DNA of 64,000 nt from Clostridia bacterium (lineage in GTDB: Bacteria > Bacillota > Clostridia > Christensenellales > UBA1242): contig JAFYKO010000170.1 of the NCBI GenBank assembly GCA_017537515.1, positions 1,487 through 65,486 on the forward strand, in the 5' to 3' direction. Both the position numbers and the translations under genes were made by a program. The notes beneath the pieces were generated by a model. The model did no database searches and had not been told where the DNA came from. It saw only the letters and a program-made list of their open reading frames with translations. Below are positions 1 to 7,800 of the stretch, in pieces. Within the stretch, counting starts at the first letter, position 1; every line of letters begins with the position of its first letter.

Positions 1-954
1 TGGCAGGTTGTTTTCAAAGTCCTTGCGATACTCAACGGGCACCTGGATAACTCGCCCCTGGTAATCGTCAAGTTCTGCGTCGCTTGTAATAACTTTCGGC
101 TGTTCAATGTCGGACCCGATAAAGACGGGGAACGTCGCCCCGCTATAAATCCCCTTGTGTGCCTGGACTTCCCATATCGCAGGTTCAAAGATTGCCACTT
201 TCGGGTTGTTGCGTTCTGCGTCAATGTGGCTTTCCAAAAACGACGTGGATTCGTTTCGGGAAGACACCACCCACATACGGCAGGGGACTTCGCCACCCTT
301 TGTCATAAAACGGGAGAACATACGACGACGAATGCTGTTATAGTTCTGCACCGCCTGGTCCGCAACTGCATTTTGGAAGTTGGCTTCGTCAATGATTGCC
401 CCTATAACTGCCTTACCCAAAGAGTGACGCATACGGGAACCATAGGCGATACCGACGTGGTGGGGGAACATTTCTTCGTCAATTCGGTCGCCCTTGCCTG
501 GAAGCAACTTGGAGCGGAAATAGGGGGAGCAGCCAATCACGTCAATAAGTTGGTCCGCAAGCACGGCACCCGCCAGGTCCATCGTAGCCGTAATGAGCGT
601 AATCACGATAGGTGTGGTCGGAATTAGTTTGAACTTCTTATGCGGGTCTTTTAGAAGCGTGACCCTGTAAAGGTCATAAAGGACCCCGATAATGGACACC
701 GTGGACTTACCCGCACCGATACACCCCGTAATGCAGACTTCAATGAACGGGCTGTAAAGCGGGTTCGGGAACAACTGCTTCAACTTTTCAAGCCAATAGG
801 GATAGACACGACCCTCGCCATAGATAGCACCGATATAGTGCGGGTCGTTAATGAACGTTTCAATGTCAACAGGAACGGATTCGTAGCCTTCGGCTATCGC
901 AGCAGCCTTATACAAGTCTGCGGTGCTTAATCCCGCAAGTCCATTTTCAGCCAT
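1..954 (-). CDS. terL: terminase large subunit, N-terminal ATPase part (3' end runs off window)
   Basis: Minus-strand ORF open to the window edge (absent from the ORF track). My translation: MAENGLAGLSTADLYKAAAIAEGYESVPVD...CITGCIGAGKSTVS (Walker A)...GAIIDEANF (Walker B-like). ATG at 952-954, preceded by AAAGGAAG. Confidence 0.85.
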   Translation of the reverse strand, partial: MAENGLAGLSTADLYKAAAIAEGYESVPVDIETFINDPHYIGAIYGEGRVYPYWLEKLKQLFPNPLYSPFIEVCITGCIGAGKSTVSIIGVLYDLYRVTLLKDPHKKFKLIPTTPIVITLITATMDLAGAVLADQLIDVIGCSPYFRSKLLPGKGDRIDEEMFPHHVGIAYGSRMRHSLGKAVIGAIIDEANFQNAVADQAVQNYNSIRRRMFSRFMTKGGEVPCRMWVVSSRNESTSFLESHIDAERNNPKVAIFEPAIWEVQAHKGIYSGATFPVFIGSDIEQPKVITSDAELDDYQGRVIQVPVEYRKDFENNLP

Positions 955-1153
955 AGACGTAAACTTCCTTTTACACACAAGGGTAGTTGGTGTTTGCGTG
1001 GCTGTCGCTCTTGTAGGGAAATATAACAAATAATCTGTTGCATCGTCGTTGCCATTTGACTCACGCATACGAATTTCAGTGATAGTCACTTCACGACAAC
1101 CTACAAACCTACCCCACCCACCCTATTCATACTCCGAAGCATTCGTGTAATTC

Positions 1154-1390
1154 GTGGGTGCTTACGCACCCACTCATTCCTACTCACGCTTCACGAGCCA
1201 GGAACTCCCCGACCTTAAAGAAATGTAATCCTACCCTTATAGACAATCACGCCCGTAAGGGCGTGATTAGGCACACAAGCGAGCGTCAGCGAGCGTGTGT
1301 GCCCAAACCTTTTATCCTGGATTTACAGCGTTACCTTTTTATCAACGTATGGGGTTTCCTATATACCTATACGGAGATAAAAAGGTAACG
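1154..1390. other. cluster of four strong hairpins in the 530-nt non-coding gap upstream of terL
   Basis: Hairpins: 1154-1173 (8-bp stem GTGGGTGC/GCACCCAC, loop TTAC); 1245-1268 (10-bp stem, GTAA loop); 1270-1303 (8-bp stem GGCACACA/TGTGTGCC, loop holds the direct repeat AGCGAGCG x2); 1329-1390 (13-bp stem CGTTACCTTTTTA/TAAAAAGGTAACG). Confidence 0.7.
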
Positions 1391-1458
1391 AAATTATAAT
1401 AGATTACCTACTTACTAGACGTGACATTTTTATCAAGGTATGCGTTTCTTGTAAAAAC

Positions 1459-1487
1459 TAAAAAAGCCCGATTTTCGGGCTTTTTAG
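1459..1487. terminator. rho-independent terminator, bidirectional in shape
   Basis: AAAAAAGCCCG-ATTTT-CGGGCTTTTT: 6-bp GC stem flanked by an A-run and a T-run, right after the stop of the 1489..2355 ORF. Confidence 0.75.
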
Positions 1488-1488
1488 G

Positions 1489-2355
1489 CTATTGGAACAA
1501 ATCCTTGTGCTTGAATTTGAATTTACGTTCCGCACTTGTAAGGGGTATTTTAGCAGCCTGTTTTTGCTTGATTTCGTCTATACGGGATTCGGGTTTTCCG
1601 TAAGCGGGCTTTAATAGATTTTCCCTACGCAATCGCAGAATGATAGACTGCTTGATTGTCGCTGACAGGTGGTCAAACTTCGGCATACTTATGAGTTTAT
1701 CAATTAGGGATTCCTGCTGCTTGCGTGTCCGAAGATTACCTATTCCGTGGGATTTAAGCATTTTCCATAGGGTGTTTCTGCATTCGTAATCCGTAGCCCC
1801 ACGTGAAGTTGAATACTTCCTATTTATGTCCCCTATTTCTTCTGCCTTGCTATCTGCCAGGGCATCTATTAAAATCATAGCGGAGAATGCCATAGCGTTT
1901 GAAACACGGGGTATCAAGTTTAGGGGGCAATCCGTAAAATCCTTGATATAGTATAGGATTGTGTCCTTTATGGCTTCCAGGCGAATGCCTACGCCCGCAA
2001 TTTTACTGCAAAGAAGCGTATTCCTTACCATACTCCAAACCACTTTCCATTCAAAGCCCTTGTAGTATTTTATGGGCATTACGTGGATTAGGCGGTCCTT
2101 TGCCTTGTAGTGGATTCCTTGTCGGAGCCATATCATACCCGTTCGGGGTGGCGTTTCTGTTCCTGTGCAAGTGAGCCACTGCTTGTTTGTGTAAGGGATT
2201 CGGGTTATTCCGTCTTTGCAGTATTGGAACTTTGTGGTCGGTTCCGTAGCGTTATCGTGGAAAGCGTCCATCGCTTCTGCGACAAAAAACCATTCTTCTT
2301 CGGGATTGTAAGCCTTGCGGGTGGTGGTTCTTGTCGGGTCCATAGTTTCGGTCAT
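1489..2355 (-). CDS. hypothetical protein (288 aa), immediately upstream of terL in transcription order
   Basis: Long minus-strand ORF with its own TTGCTATATT promoter-like motif upstream. No motif recognised. A small-terminase role is only a positional guess. Confidence 0.65.
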   Translation of the reverse strand: MTETMDPTRTTTRKAYNPEEEWFFVAEAMDAFHDNATEPTTKFQYCKDGITRIPYTNKQWLTCTGTETPPRTGMIWLRQGIHYKAKDRLIHVMPIKYYKGFEWKVVWSMVRNTLLCSKIAGVGIRLEAIKDTILYYIKDFTDCPLNLIPRVSNAMAFSAMILIDALADSKAEEIGDINRKYSTSRGATDYECRNTLWKMLKSHGIGNLRTRKQQESLIDKLISMPKFDHLSATIKQSIILRLRRENLLKPAYGKPESRIDEIKQKQAAKIPLTSAERKFKFKHKDLFQ

Positions 2356-2452
2356 TGCGGTAGTCCTATCAAACTTGAAAGTGTGGGTGTCTGCCGTCCA
2401 CCGCTAGGACTGATGCAACAGACGGCAGCACCCACGAATCACGTGTGATAGT

Positions 2453-2466
2453 AATATAGCAACAAA
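2453..2466 (-). promoter_or_regulatory. extended -10 promoter motif TTTGTTGCTATATT (minus strand)
   Basis: The reverse complement of 2453-2466 reads TTTGTTGCTATATT, the same motif seen upstream of many plus-arm genes. It lies ~100 nt upstream of the ATG at 2355. Confidence 0.45.
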
Positions 2467-2563
2467 ACACCAAACTGCGTATGGGGGTCTAATAGAAATA
2501 TCAAAAGCGGGGTTGTATTTTAAGGATATTTTTGTATATTTATTAGTGAACACGGGTGAAAGT

Positions 2564-3775
2564 ATGTGTGTAATAACTTATAATGCAGAACTCCGATTCA
2601 AGGACAAGGCAGACCTAGACTATTGGTCTAGTCTTCTTGATACGGCTAGAATTGCATATAACGAATGTGCCAACATACTTGATTCCAATAAGATACACCT
2701 GGACTTGAAATCAGTCCACAATGCCGTGTATTACATATTGAGAGAAAATTTCCCAACAATCCCTTCACAGGGTATTATCAAGATATACAAGGAATGTATT
2801 TCTGCATTCCGTTCAATCAACTCCAACGGGCATATAGAACACAAGATACTTGAAAAGAAGAATTGGTCTATGCGGTTGGACAAACGGTTGTATTCTAAAT
2901 TAAGTGTAGATAGTATATTGCTGTGTTCCGAAAAATCCAACCGTAGGGCTGTTGCAGAAATAATTAAGTTTCCAAAACTTGTGGAACTGTTCAAGAAATA
3001 CCCTACACAAGACCCGCTTATCTTCAAGCGTGACGACAAGTTCTACCTATCCATACCGTTCAATGCTCCCGAAATACCTATACAGAGCGAAAACTGCATA
3101 GGTGTGGATTTGGGCGAACGTAGGTTTGCTGTAACGTCCGATGGCATTATGTTCAACGACAAGGAATACAATGCCCGTAGGCGTAAATTACGCTACTTAA
3201 AAAGGTGCTTGCAGAAGAAGGGCACTAAATCCGCTAGAAAGCACAAATTAAAGTTGTCCGTAAAGGAACGGAATCAATCTACGGATATGTGCTACAAGAT
3301 GGCTAACGCCATTATCGGCAGCACCTATGCAAGCATTATTGTTCTTGAAGATTTAAGCAACATTAAGCAGAAAACTTCAAAAACAAAAGAAGGTTTTAAG
3401 AAAAAGAATCATAATCGTAGAATCGGGCAAGTCCCGTTCTACAAGTTCAAGCAAATCTTGTCATACAAGGCACTACTCAATGGAAAAAGAGTAGAAACAG
3501 TTTCTCCGTTTATGACAAGCCAAACTGACTGCACGACAGGCAAGAAGGACGGAACCCGTAAGAACCGCAGATTCTATTGCAAAAACGGGACTGTCCTGGA
3601 TGCCGATTGGAACGGTGCAATCAATATCGCTCAAAAGAGCAAACATCCTTTCTCGTTAAAGATACCCCTTGATGGAGCATTGAGAACCTGGAAGGCAGGG
3701 CGTGAGTCAACCGCCCAATCGTATGTAAGACTTCCTATGGAAACACAGGAAGCATTACAAACTCACTGTCTTTAG
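2564..3775 (+). CDS. tnpB: TnpB-like RNA-guided endonuclease (RuvC-like, OrfB_IS605 type)
   Basis: RuvC triad motifs are present: CIGVDLGERRFAV (D), SIIVLEDLSNIK (E) and VLDADWNGAINIAQKS (D). The Zn-finger position reads TSQTDCTTG...RFYCKNG, i.e. CxxG twice instead of CxxC. The likely start is the ATG at 2564 (MCVITYNAELRF), not the TTG at 2513. Confidence 0.85.
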   Translation: MCVITYNAELRFKDKADLDYWSSLLDTARIAYNECANILDSNKIHLDLKSVHNAVYYILRENFPTIPSQGIIKIYKECISAFRSINSNGHIEHKILEKKNWSMRLDKRLYSKLSVDSILLCSEKSNRRAVAEIIKFPKLVELFKKYPTQDPLIFKRDDKFYLSIPFNAPEIPIQSENCIGVDLGERRFAVTSDGIMFNDKEYNARRRKLRYLKRCLQKKGTKSARKHKLKLSVKERNQSTDMCYKMANAIIGSTYASIIVLEDLSNIKQKTSKTKEGFKKKNHNRRIGQVPFYKFKQILSYKALLNGKRVETVSPFMTSQTDCTTGKKDGTRKNRRFYCKNGTVLDADWNGAINIAQKSKHPFSLKIPLDGALRTWKAGRESTAQSYVRLPMETQEALQTHCL

Positions 3776-3943
3776 GTTGTGGGTAGTTGACAGCGGTCCC
3801 GACTTCAATGCACAGGTCCTTGCTTGTTTCCAAATGGAGCAGGTTTCTGCGACACCCTGTTTTCGTAGTTATAGGTATTGACTATAACAGAAAACCCCCG
3901 CCACGTTCCGTGGCAGGGAACCCCTATGGCTAATTGGGTGAAA
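3650..3943 (+). ncRNA. expected position of the TnpB omega-RNA (reRNA) scaffold and guide; not demonstrated
   Basis: In characterised TnpB systems the guide RNA overlaps the 3' end of tnpB and extends to the right end of the element. Here there is a 168-nt tail with the 3900-3914 hairpin. This call rests on position only. Confidence 0.3.
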
Positions 3944-4279
3944 TCAAGACCGCTTGTTAAATTCTTCAAAGAACTTTTCCAGGCGGGAATTGTTCTTGTC
4001 CCACCTGTCGTAAGCGATTTTGAGTAAGATGGTCCAGGAAGCGTAAATCCCAAGAATAGCGAACGCAACGGTCTGCGTAACGGGTCCGTTCCCGCAGGTG
4101 GCGTATGCCAGGGCTGTCGGGACGGAGAGCCACAGGAACGCTGCGAGAGCCACCGCAGCGATACCGAATACGGAGAGGATTGCCCACTTGACTATCAGCC
4201 CGACGGTCATACTTATAAATTCTGCCATACCTAACACGAAGTCGGTGGCTTTGCAAAGGATTTTGTTGAGAGTTTTCAT
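3944..4279 (-). CDS. small membrane protein (111 aa, about 3 predicted TM segments)
   Basis: Hydrophobic stretches MTVGLIVKWAILSVFGIAAVALAAFLWLSV and VAFAILGIYASWTILL. The other frames here (3966..4394, 4098..4499) look like overlap artefacts. Confidence 0.6.
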   Translation of the reverse strand: MKTLNKILCKATDFVLGMAEFISMTVGLIVKWAILSVFGIAAVALAAFLWLSVPTALAYATCGNGPVTQTVAFAILGIYASWTILLKIAYDRWDKNNSRLEKFFEEFNKRS

Positions 4280-4306
4280 TGTTGCAGTCCTTGTTAAGTG
4301 GGTTCG

Positions 4307-4462
4307 CTATCCTTCGGGAGTTATACCGAGGACTACCGTTATTCGGTACAGCACATACACAATGAGTGCTAATTTGCCAAAAGCCCATAAGCACTCAACT
4401 AGCTCACTGAAAGCCTTTAAAGCGTCATCGGAGTTGGTGTTTCTATTGTTGATGTTTTTCAT
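4307..4462 (-). CDS. small membrane peptide (51 aa), first gene behind a promoter/leader cassette
   Basis: Below the ORF-track size cutoff. My translation: MKNINNRNTNSDDALKAFSELVECLWAFGKLALIVYVLYRITVVLGITPEG. GAGGATA lies 6 nt upstream of the ATG at 4460-4462. Confidence 0.5.
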   Translation of the reverse strand: MKNINNRNTNSDDALKAFSELVECLWAFGKLALIVYVLYRITVVLGITPEG

Positions 4463-4529
4463 ATCGTTATCCTCGTGGTTGTTTACACCTATAATATAAC
4501 AAAATACCTACTGATTGTCAATAGGTATT
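4463..4529 (-). promoter_or_regulatory. hairpin/-35/extended -10/leader cassette (minus-strand copy)
   Basis: Reverse complement: AATACCTA-TTGACAATCAG-TAGGTATT-TTGT-TATATT-ATAGGTGTAAACAACCACGAGGATA. TTGACA at 4516-4521 and TATATT at 4493-4498, spaced 17 nt. The 8-bp stem arms are 4503-4510 and 4522-4529. Confidence 0.7.
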
Positions 4530-4554
4530 ATTAAAATAATTTCTTACGAATATG

Positions 4555-4971
4555 TTATTTTACGATTTCGGCTTCCTGGACGTTGGTCGGGGTTCCACCG
4601 CCACGTTTTAGGATTTCAGCCTTGATACGTTCCGCATCGTCTTCGGAAATCGTGGTCGTGTCAATCTTTTCTGCGGGCTTCTCAACGTCCACGTTGGACG
4701 TATCTACGTTGTGACCCGACAGGGCTTTCATAAAGTCCAAGCGGACCCTAAACGATTCGTTGCGTTGCTTTGACAGGTCTATGAGTTCACGGACAGACGC
4801 ATCGTCCAGGTTTACCTTTTGGGCTATGGCGTTGTCTATATCGTCCATAGAATGCAAAAGGGCTTCCATTCCGTCTATGGAATACTCCGTAATGTTGAGC
4901 ATTTTGCGGTTAAGACGGGCTTTGATAGCGTCTAGTTCATTTTGCGATATGGTGGCGGGCTGATTATCCAT
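4555..4971 (-). CDS. hypothetical acidic protein (138 aa)
   Basis: Minus-arm ORF rich in D/E. The ATG lies 6 nt after a -10-like TAGATT, so the mRNA appears leaderless. Confidence 0.6.
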   Translation of the reverse strand: MDNQPATISQNELDAIKARLNRKMLNITEYSIDGMEALLHSMDDIDNAIAQKVNLDDASVRELIDLSKQRNESFRVRLDFMKALSGHNVDTSNVDVEKPAEKIDTTTISEDDAERIKAEILKRGGGTPTNVQEAEIVK

Positions 4972-5006
4972 ACCTATAATCTAACAAATTATCTGCAATC
5001 GGTCAA
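4972..5006 (-). promoter_or_regulatory. sigma-70-type promoter TTGACC-17-TAGATT abutting the start codon
   Basis: Reverse complement: TTGACC (5001-5006), a 17-nt spacer ending AATTTGT, TAGATT (4978-4983), then ATAGGT and the ATG at 4971. Confidence 0.55.
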
Positions 5007-5064
5007 TAGCAAAAGACACCCGCCCTTGCGGGCGGGAGCCTTACTATGCTTCTCAACAAGAGAA

Positions 5065-7548
5065 TTACTTTTGCTTATACACCTTGACGGTGAAGCACAG
5101 CCCGCCATAACTGTCAAAGTCGTTATCGCTGCTGAAATAGGCTTCTTCGCCTTCGTCGTCCAGGAGGCAATCGGAATACTTTTCCTGGAACTCCGAAAGA
5201 ATGTTCTGTTCGTGTCCGTCCAGGTCTTCACCGTATTCATTACCGAAATTGTAGGCTTCCCAAAGCCACTTCGGAACGATGATTGTGTCAATCAATTCCA
5301 GGCGACCCTCGGATTTCTTGGATTCGGATTTCTTGGATTTCTTGCTTTCGTTGGCGTAGCCGTTTCTGTCTTGACGGGCGATTAGCCTTGCAGTTTCATA
5401 CGGGAGCGATTCGCCCTCAACGTAAGCGTCATTTATGGTGTCGCTGTGTTTGTCGGCTAGTTTGGTTGCCCCGTCTTCGCCATAATGGAATGACACCACA
5501 AGTTCGGAAATAACGTCGCTGCGGTAATTGTCAAGGCTAGACGCTTCGGACAATGCGATTTTTTCCATTTCGGCTTTATTGAACAGGCGTTCGGACGTTT
5601 TCTTCGGCAGCAGTTTGGCTTCTTTGGCTACATAGTTCTTGAAATCGGAATACTCACGCTGCATATAGGCAATAGCGTTTTTCTTGGCTTCGTCTTCGCT
5701 GCCTGCGTAGGTAATGACGTTGGTGAATTGGGGTTCGCCCTCAAATTCAAATTCCACCTTTACCTGCCACGGGCTGTCGGCTCCGTTGGCTTCGGACTTC
5801 TTGGATTCGCCCGCAACCTTTACGATTTTCGGGGGCAATACGCACCTACCTAGATTTTTTACCTTGTCCTTGATAGTAGGCGGGATAGTCCTGGTTCGCT
5901 TTAAGCCAATCTTGTTAAGTTTGGCAGTCAGTTCGTTGCTTGCAGCACCCTCGTTAAGCCACACGTTGTAAATTTCGTCGTAGTCAACGTCAAGCATTTT
6001 CGCAAGTTGGCTAAACAGGCGTTCACGAATAAGGGAGTCGCCTACACCAATGTAGGTGTAAACGTCGTCGCCACGCAGCAAGGTTTGAAGAACGCCCTTG
6101 AACGTTCCGTTGAGCCTGTCGCCCAGGTCGTCGTCCTTGTAAGCACCCATATACCAATCCTTGATAGGTGCGTCAAAGGGTCCGTTGGCTTCGGACTGCT
6201 TGGATTCGTCCTTGTTGTAGCCACAGAACGCTGCGACTTCCTTTGCACCGTCTTCAACGGGTTTTCCCTGGTAGAACATAGCGTCCAACTTTTCCATCCA
6301 ACCGACGTTAAGACGGCAGGTGTCCTTGTCGTTGAAGTCCATACCATACTTGGATTTGAGCAAGGACTTTACGTCCTTGATATACTTGTCAAATTCGTCA
6401 GCGGACTTGCTTTCCTGTTTGCTATACTGCTTCATACGCTTCAAATGCTCCTCTGCGTCTTTCTTCTTTGCGAACGACGCAAGAATGCGGTTGTCTTCGT
6501 GGGAGCGAATGACCCAGGGTGCGTCTTCGCCCTTGGAATTTTTGTGACCTTTTTCGTAGCCCAACTTTTCGTCAGTGGGTCCCTTGGATTCGTCCTTCTT
6601 GCCCGTAATTTCGCCACGGACAAAGAGGACTTTTTCTTTAAGCGACAGTTCCTTGTCGTCAAGAAGTTCCTGCATTTCCTGGGTGTGAGAATCCAGGTAA
6701 TTCTTCACTTCGTCTTCGTCAAGGTCAAACTGCTTCACAAGTTTTTCTTCAAGGGCTTCCAGGAAACCCTTCAAGGACATAGCCTCGTCCTTGTGTGCGG
6801 AAATGCCGAGGGATTCCATCGGGATTTCCGTCTTGTCGTTATCCTTGACACCTACCAATTTAAGGTTTGTAGCACCGTGCTTCTGTGCATCCTCAAGGGT
6901 GCCCTGTGCGTCAACGATGCCGTTGGTAGTCTTGGAACGGTCGTTGCCGTTGAGGGTATAACTTGCGATGAAGAAGTCATACTGCGACGGGTCAAACTTT
7001 GTTTCGTGAAGTTTAATAGTCAGTTTGTGCTGCATACTTTCACCCCTTGAATTAAACATATTGTTTTCTATGAACGACACAAGTGCTGTTGCATCGTCGC
7101 TGTGAAGGTCAAATTCTTCGGACGGTCTGCGTTCAAGCCCATACCCTGGGTAGAACCCGTGTATAACAAAGCCGTCTTCTTCCTCAATGATAGCCAGGAC
7201 ACGGAAAATGAACGCAGCCCTGCGGGGGCAGCGTATCGTTTCTTTGACCCTAACGCAGACACCGTTCGGAAGTTCAAGTGTGCTTCCGTAGCGGAGGCAA
7301 TCTACGTTGTATTCAGCGGATTCGTTCTTGCCCGCCTGCATAGCGTTGAATCGTGCCAACTTGTGAATGTGACGCTTGCCCGCAAAGGACTTAATCCACC
7401 CATTGAGTTCTTTTGTTCGCTTACGCCTTGTCAGTGGATTGTTCCAGGTATGCTCCGCACGGGCAGACTGAATGAAGCCTGTTGCCTTGTGGCTGTCCTT
7501 GAACCTGTCAAGCAGCGATTTCTTTTTTAGGAACGCTTTATGGGGCAT
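5065..7548 (-). CDS. large modular protein (827 aa) with repeated ESKKSEANG linkers and an internal (L/I)KIxLHE tag
   Basis: Continuous ORF. Linker peptides: ESKQSEANG (aa 448-456), ESKKSEANG (aa 581-589) and ESKKSKKSESKKSEG (aa 734-748). An internal SD-like GGGGTGA plus ATG (7033-7035) precedes MQHKLTIKLHE. Confidence 0.7.
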   Translation of the reverse strand: MPHKAFLKKKSLLDRFKDSHKATGFIQSARAEHTWNNPLTRRKRTKELNGWIKSFAGKRHIHKLARFNAMQAGKNESAEYNVDCLRYGSTLELPNGVCVRVKETIRCPRRAAFIFRVLAIIEEEDGFVIHGFYPGYGLERRPSEEFDLHSDDATALVSFIENNMFNSRGESMQHKLTIKLHETKFDPSQYDFFIASYTLNGNDRSKTTNGIVDAQGTLEDAQKHGATNLKLVGVKDNDKTEIPMESLGISAHKDEAMSLKGFLEALEEKLVKQFDLDEDEVKNYLDSHTQEMQELLDDKELSLKEKVLFVRGEITGKKDESKGPTDEKLGYEKGHKNSKGEDAPWVIRSHEDNRILASFAKKKDAEEHLKRMKQYSKQESKSADEFDKYIKDVKSLLKSKYGMDFNDKDTCRLNVGWMEKLDAMFYQGKPVEDGAKEVAAFCGYNKDESKQSEANGPFDAPIKDWYMGAYKDDDLGDRLNGTFKGVLQTLLRGDDVYTYIGVGDSLIRERLFSQLAKMLDVDYDEIYNVWLNEGAASNELTAKLNKIGLKRTRTIPPTIKDKVKNLGRCVLPPKIVKVAGESKKSEANGADSPWQVKVEFEFEGEPQFTNVITYAGSEDEAKKNAIAYMQREYSDFKNYVAKEAKLLPKKTSERLFNKAEMEKIALSEASSLDNYRSDVISELVVSFHYGEDGATKLADKHSDTINDAYVEGESLPYETARLIARQDRNGYANESKKSKKSESKKSEGRLELIDTIIVPKWLWEAYNFGNEYGEDLDGHEQNILSEFQEKYSDCLLDDEGEEAYFSSDNDFDSYGGLCFTVKVYKQK
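5782..5808 (-). repeat. 27-nt intragenic repeat encoding ESKKSEANG (copy 2)
   Basis: TCCGTTGGCTTCGGACTTCTTGGATTC matches 6181-6207 at 26 of 27 positions. Confidence 0.85.
6181..6207 (-). repeat. 27-nt intragenic repeat encoding ESKQSEANG (copy 1)
   Basis: TCCGTTGGCTTCGGACTGCTTGGATTC matches 5782-5808 at 26 of 27 positions. Confidence 0.85.
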
Positions 7549-7555
7549 TGTAGAA

Positions 7556-7753
7556 TTATTCCATTTGGTCGCACTTGTTGTAATATAGATAAATCACCAG
7601 GCGGGCAAATTCTTCGTTGTTCAAACTGCCCGTGTCCGCTACGAAACCGTCCCACCAACCTGCGTCAATGTGTTCTTGAATTTTATCCGCAAGGGCTTTA
7701 ATGTCCTTGTTCTTGATACATTCTTCCCAACGTTCATTTCTTGAAAGATTCAA
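7556..7753 (-). CDS. hypothetical protein (65 aa), TTG start
   Basis: Good coding appearance. There is no in-frame ATG, so the start is uncertain. Confidence 0.45.
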   Translation of the reverse strand: MNLSRNERWEECIKNKDIKALADKIQEHIDAGWWDGFVADTGSLNNEEFARLVIYLYYNKCDQME

Positions 7754-7800
7754 TTTTCTTTTGCATAGAACAGTTGAATTTTTTCATACGTCATTCTCCC

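Larger units (their letters stand above)
2470..3943 (+). mobile_element. IS200/IS605-family TnpB-only element (boundaries approximate)
   Basis: A plus-strand tnpB is embedded between minus-strand phage genes. The region is visibly AT-richer than its flanks (by eye). A 168-nt non-coding tail holds a subterminal hairpin at 3900-3914 (GCCACG-TTC-CGTGGC). No tnpA is present. Confidence 0.55.

Noticed and set aside
155-627. Plus-strand ORFs at 155..343 and 157..627
   Set aside because: They lie inside the minus-strand terminase ORF, which the track missed because it is open at the window edge.
2513-2563. TTG-initiated 17-aa N-terminal extension of TnpB (track start at 2513)
   Set aside because: The extension would begin upstream of the predicted promoter -10 (2535-40). 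The ATG at 2564 gives a normal TnpB N-terminus.
6007-7050. 347-aa plus-strand ORF inside the 827-aa minus-strand gene
   Set aside because: It is antisense to an ORF with clear modular and repeat structure. Its V/F/L/G-rich, low-complexity translation is typical of a shadow frame. It has no SD or promoter.
7734-7787. 17-codon mini-ORF (MKKFNCSMQKKIESFKK) with a strong GGGAGA SD, overlapping the TTG start of 7556..7753
   Set aside because: It could be a coupling uORF, or the true 5' part of the gene via frameshifting. There is no slippery site or other support. It is too short to call.
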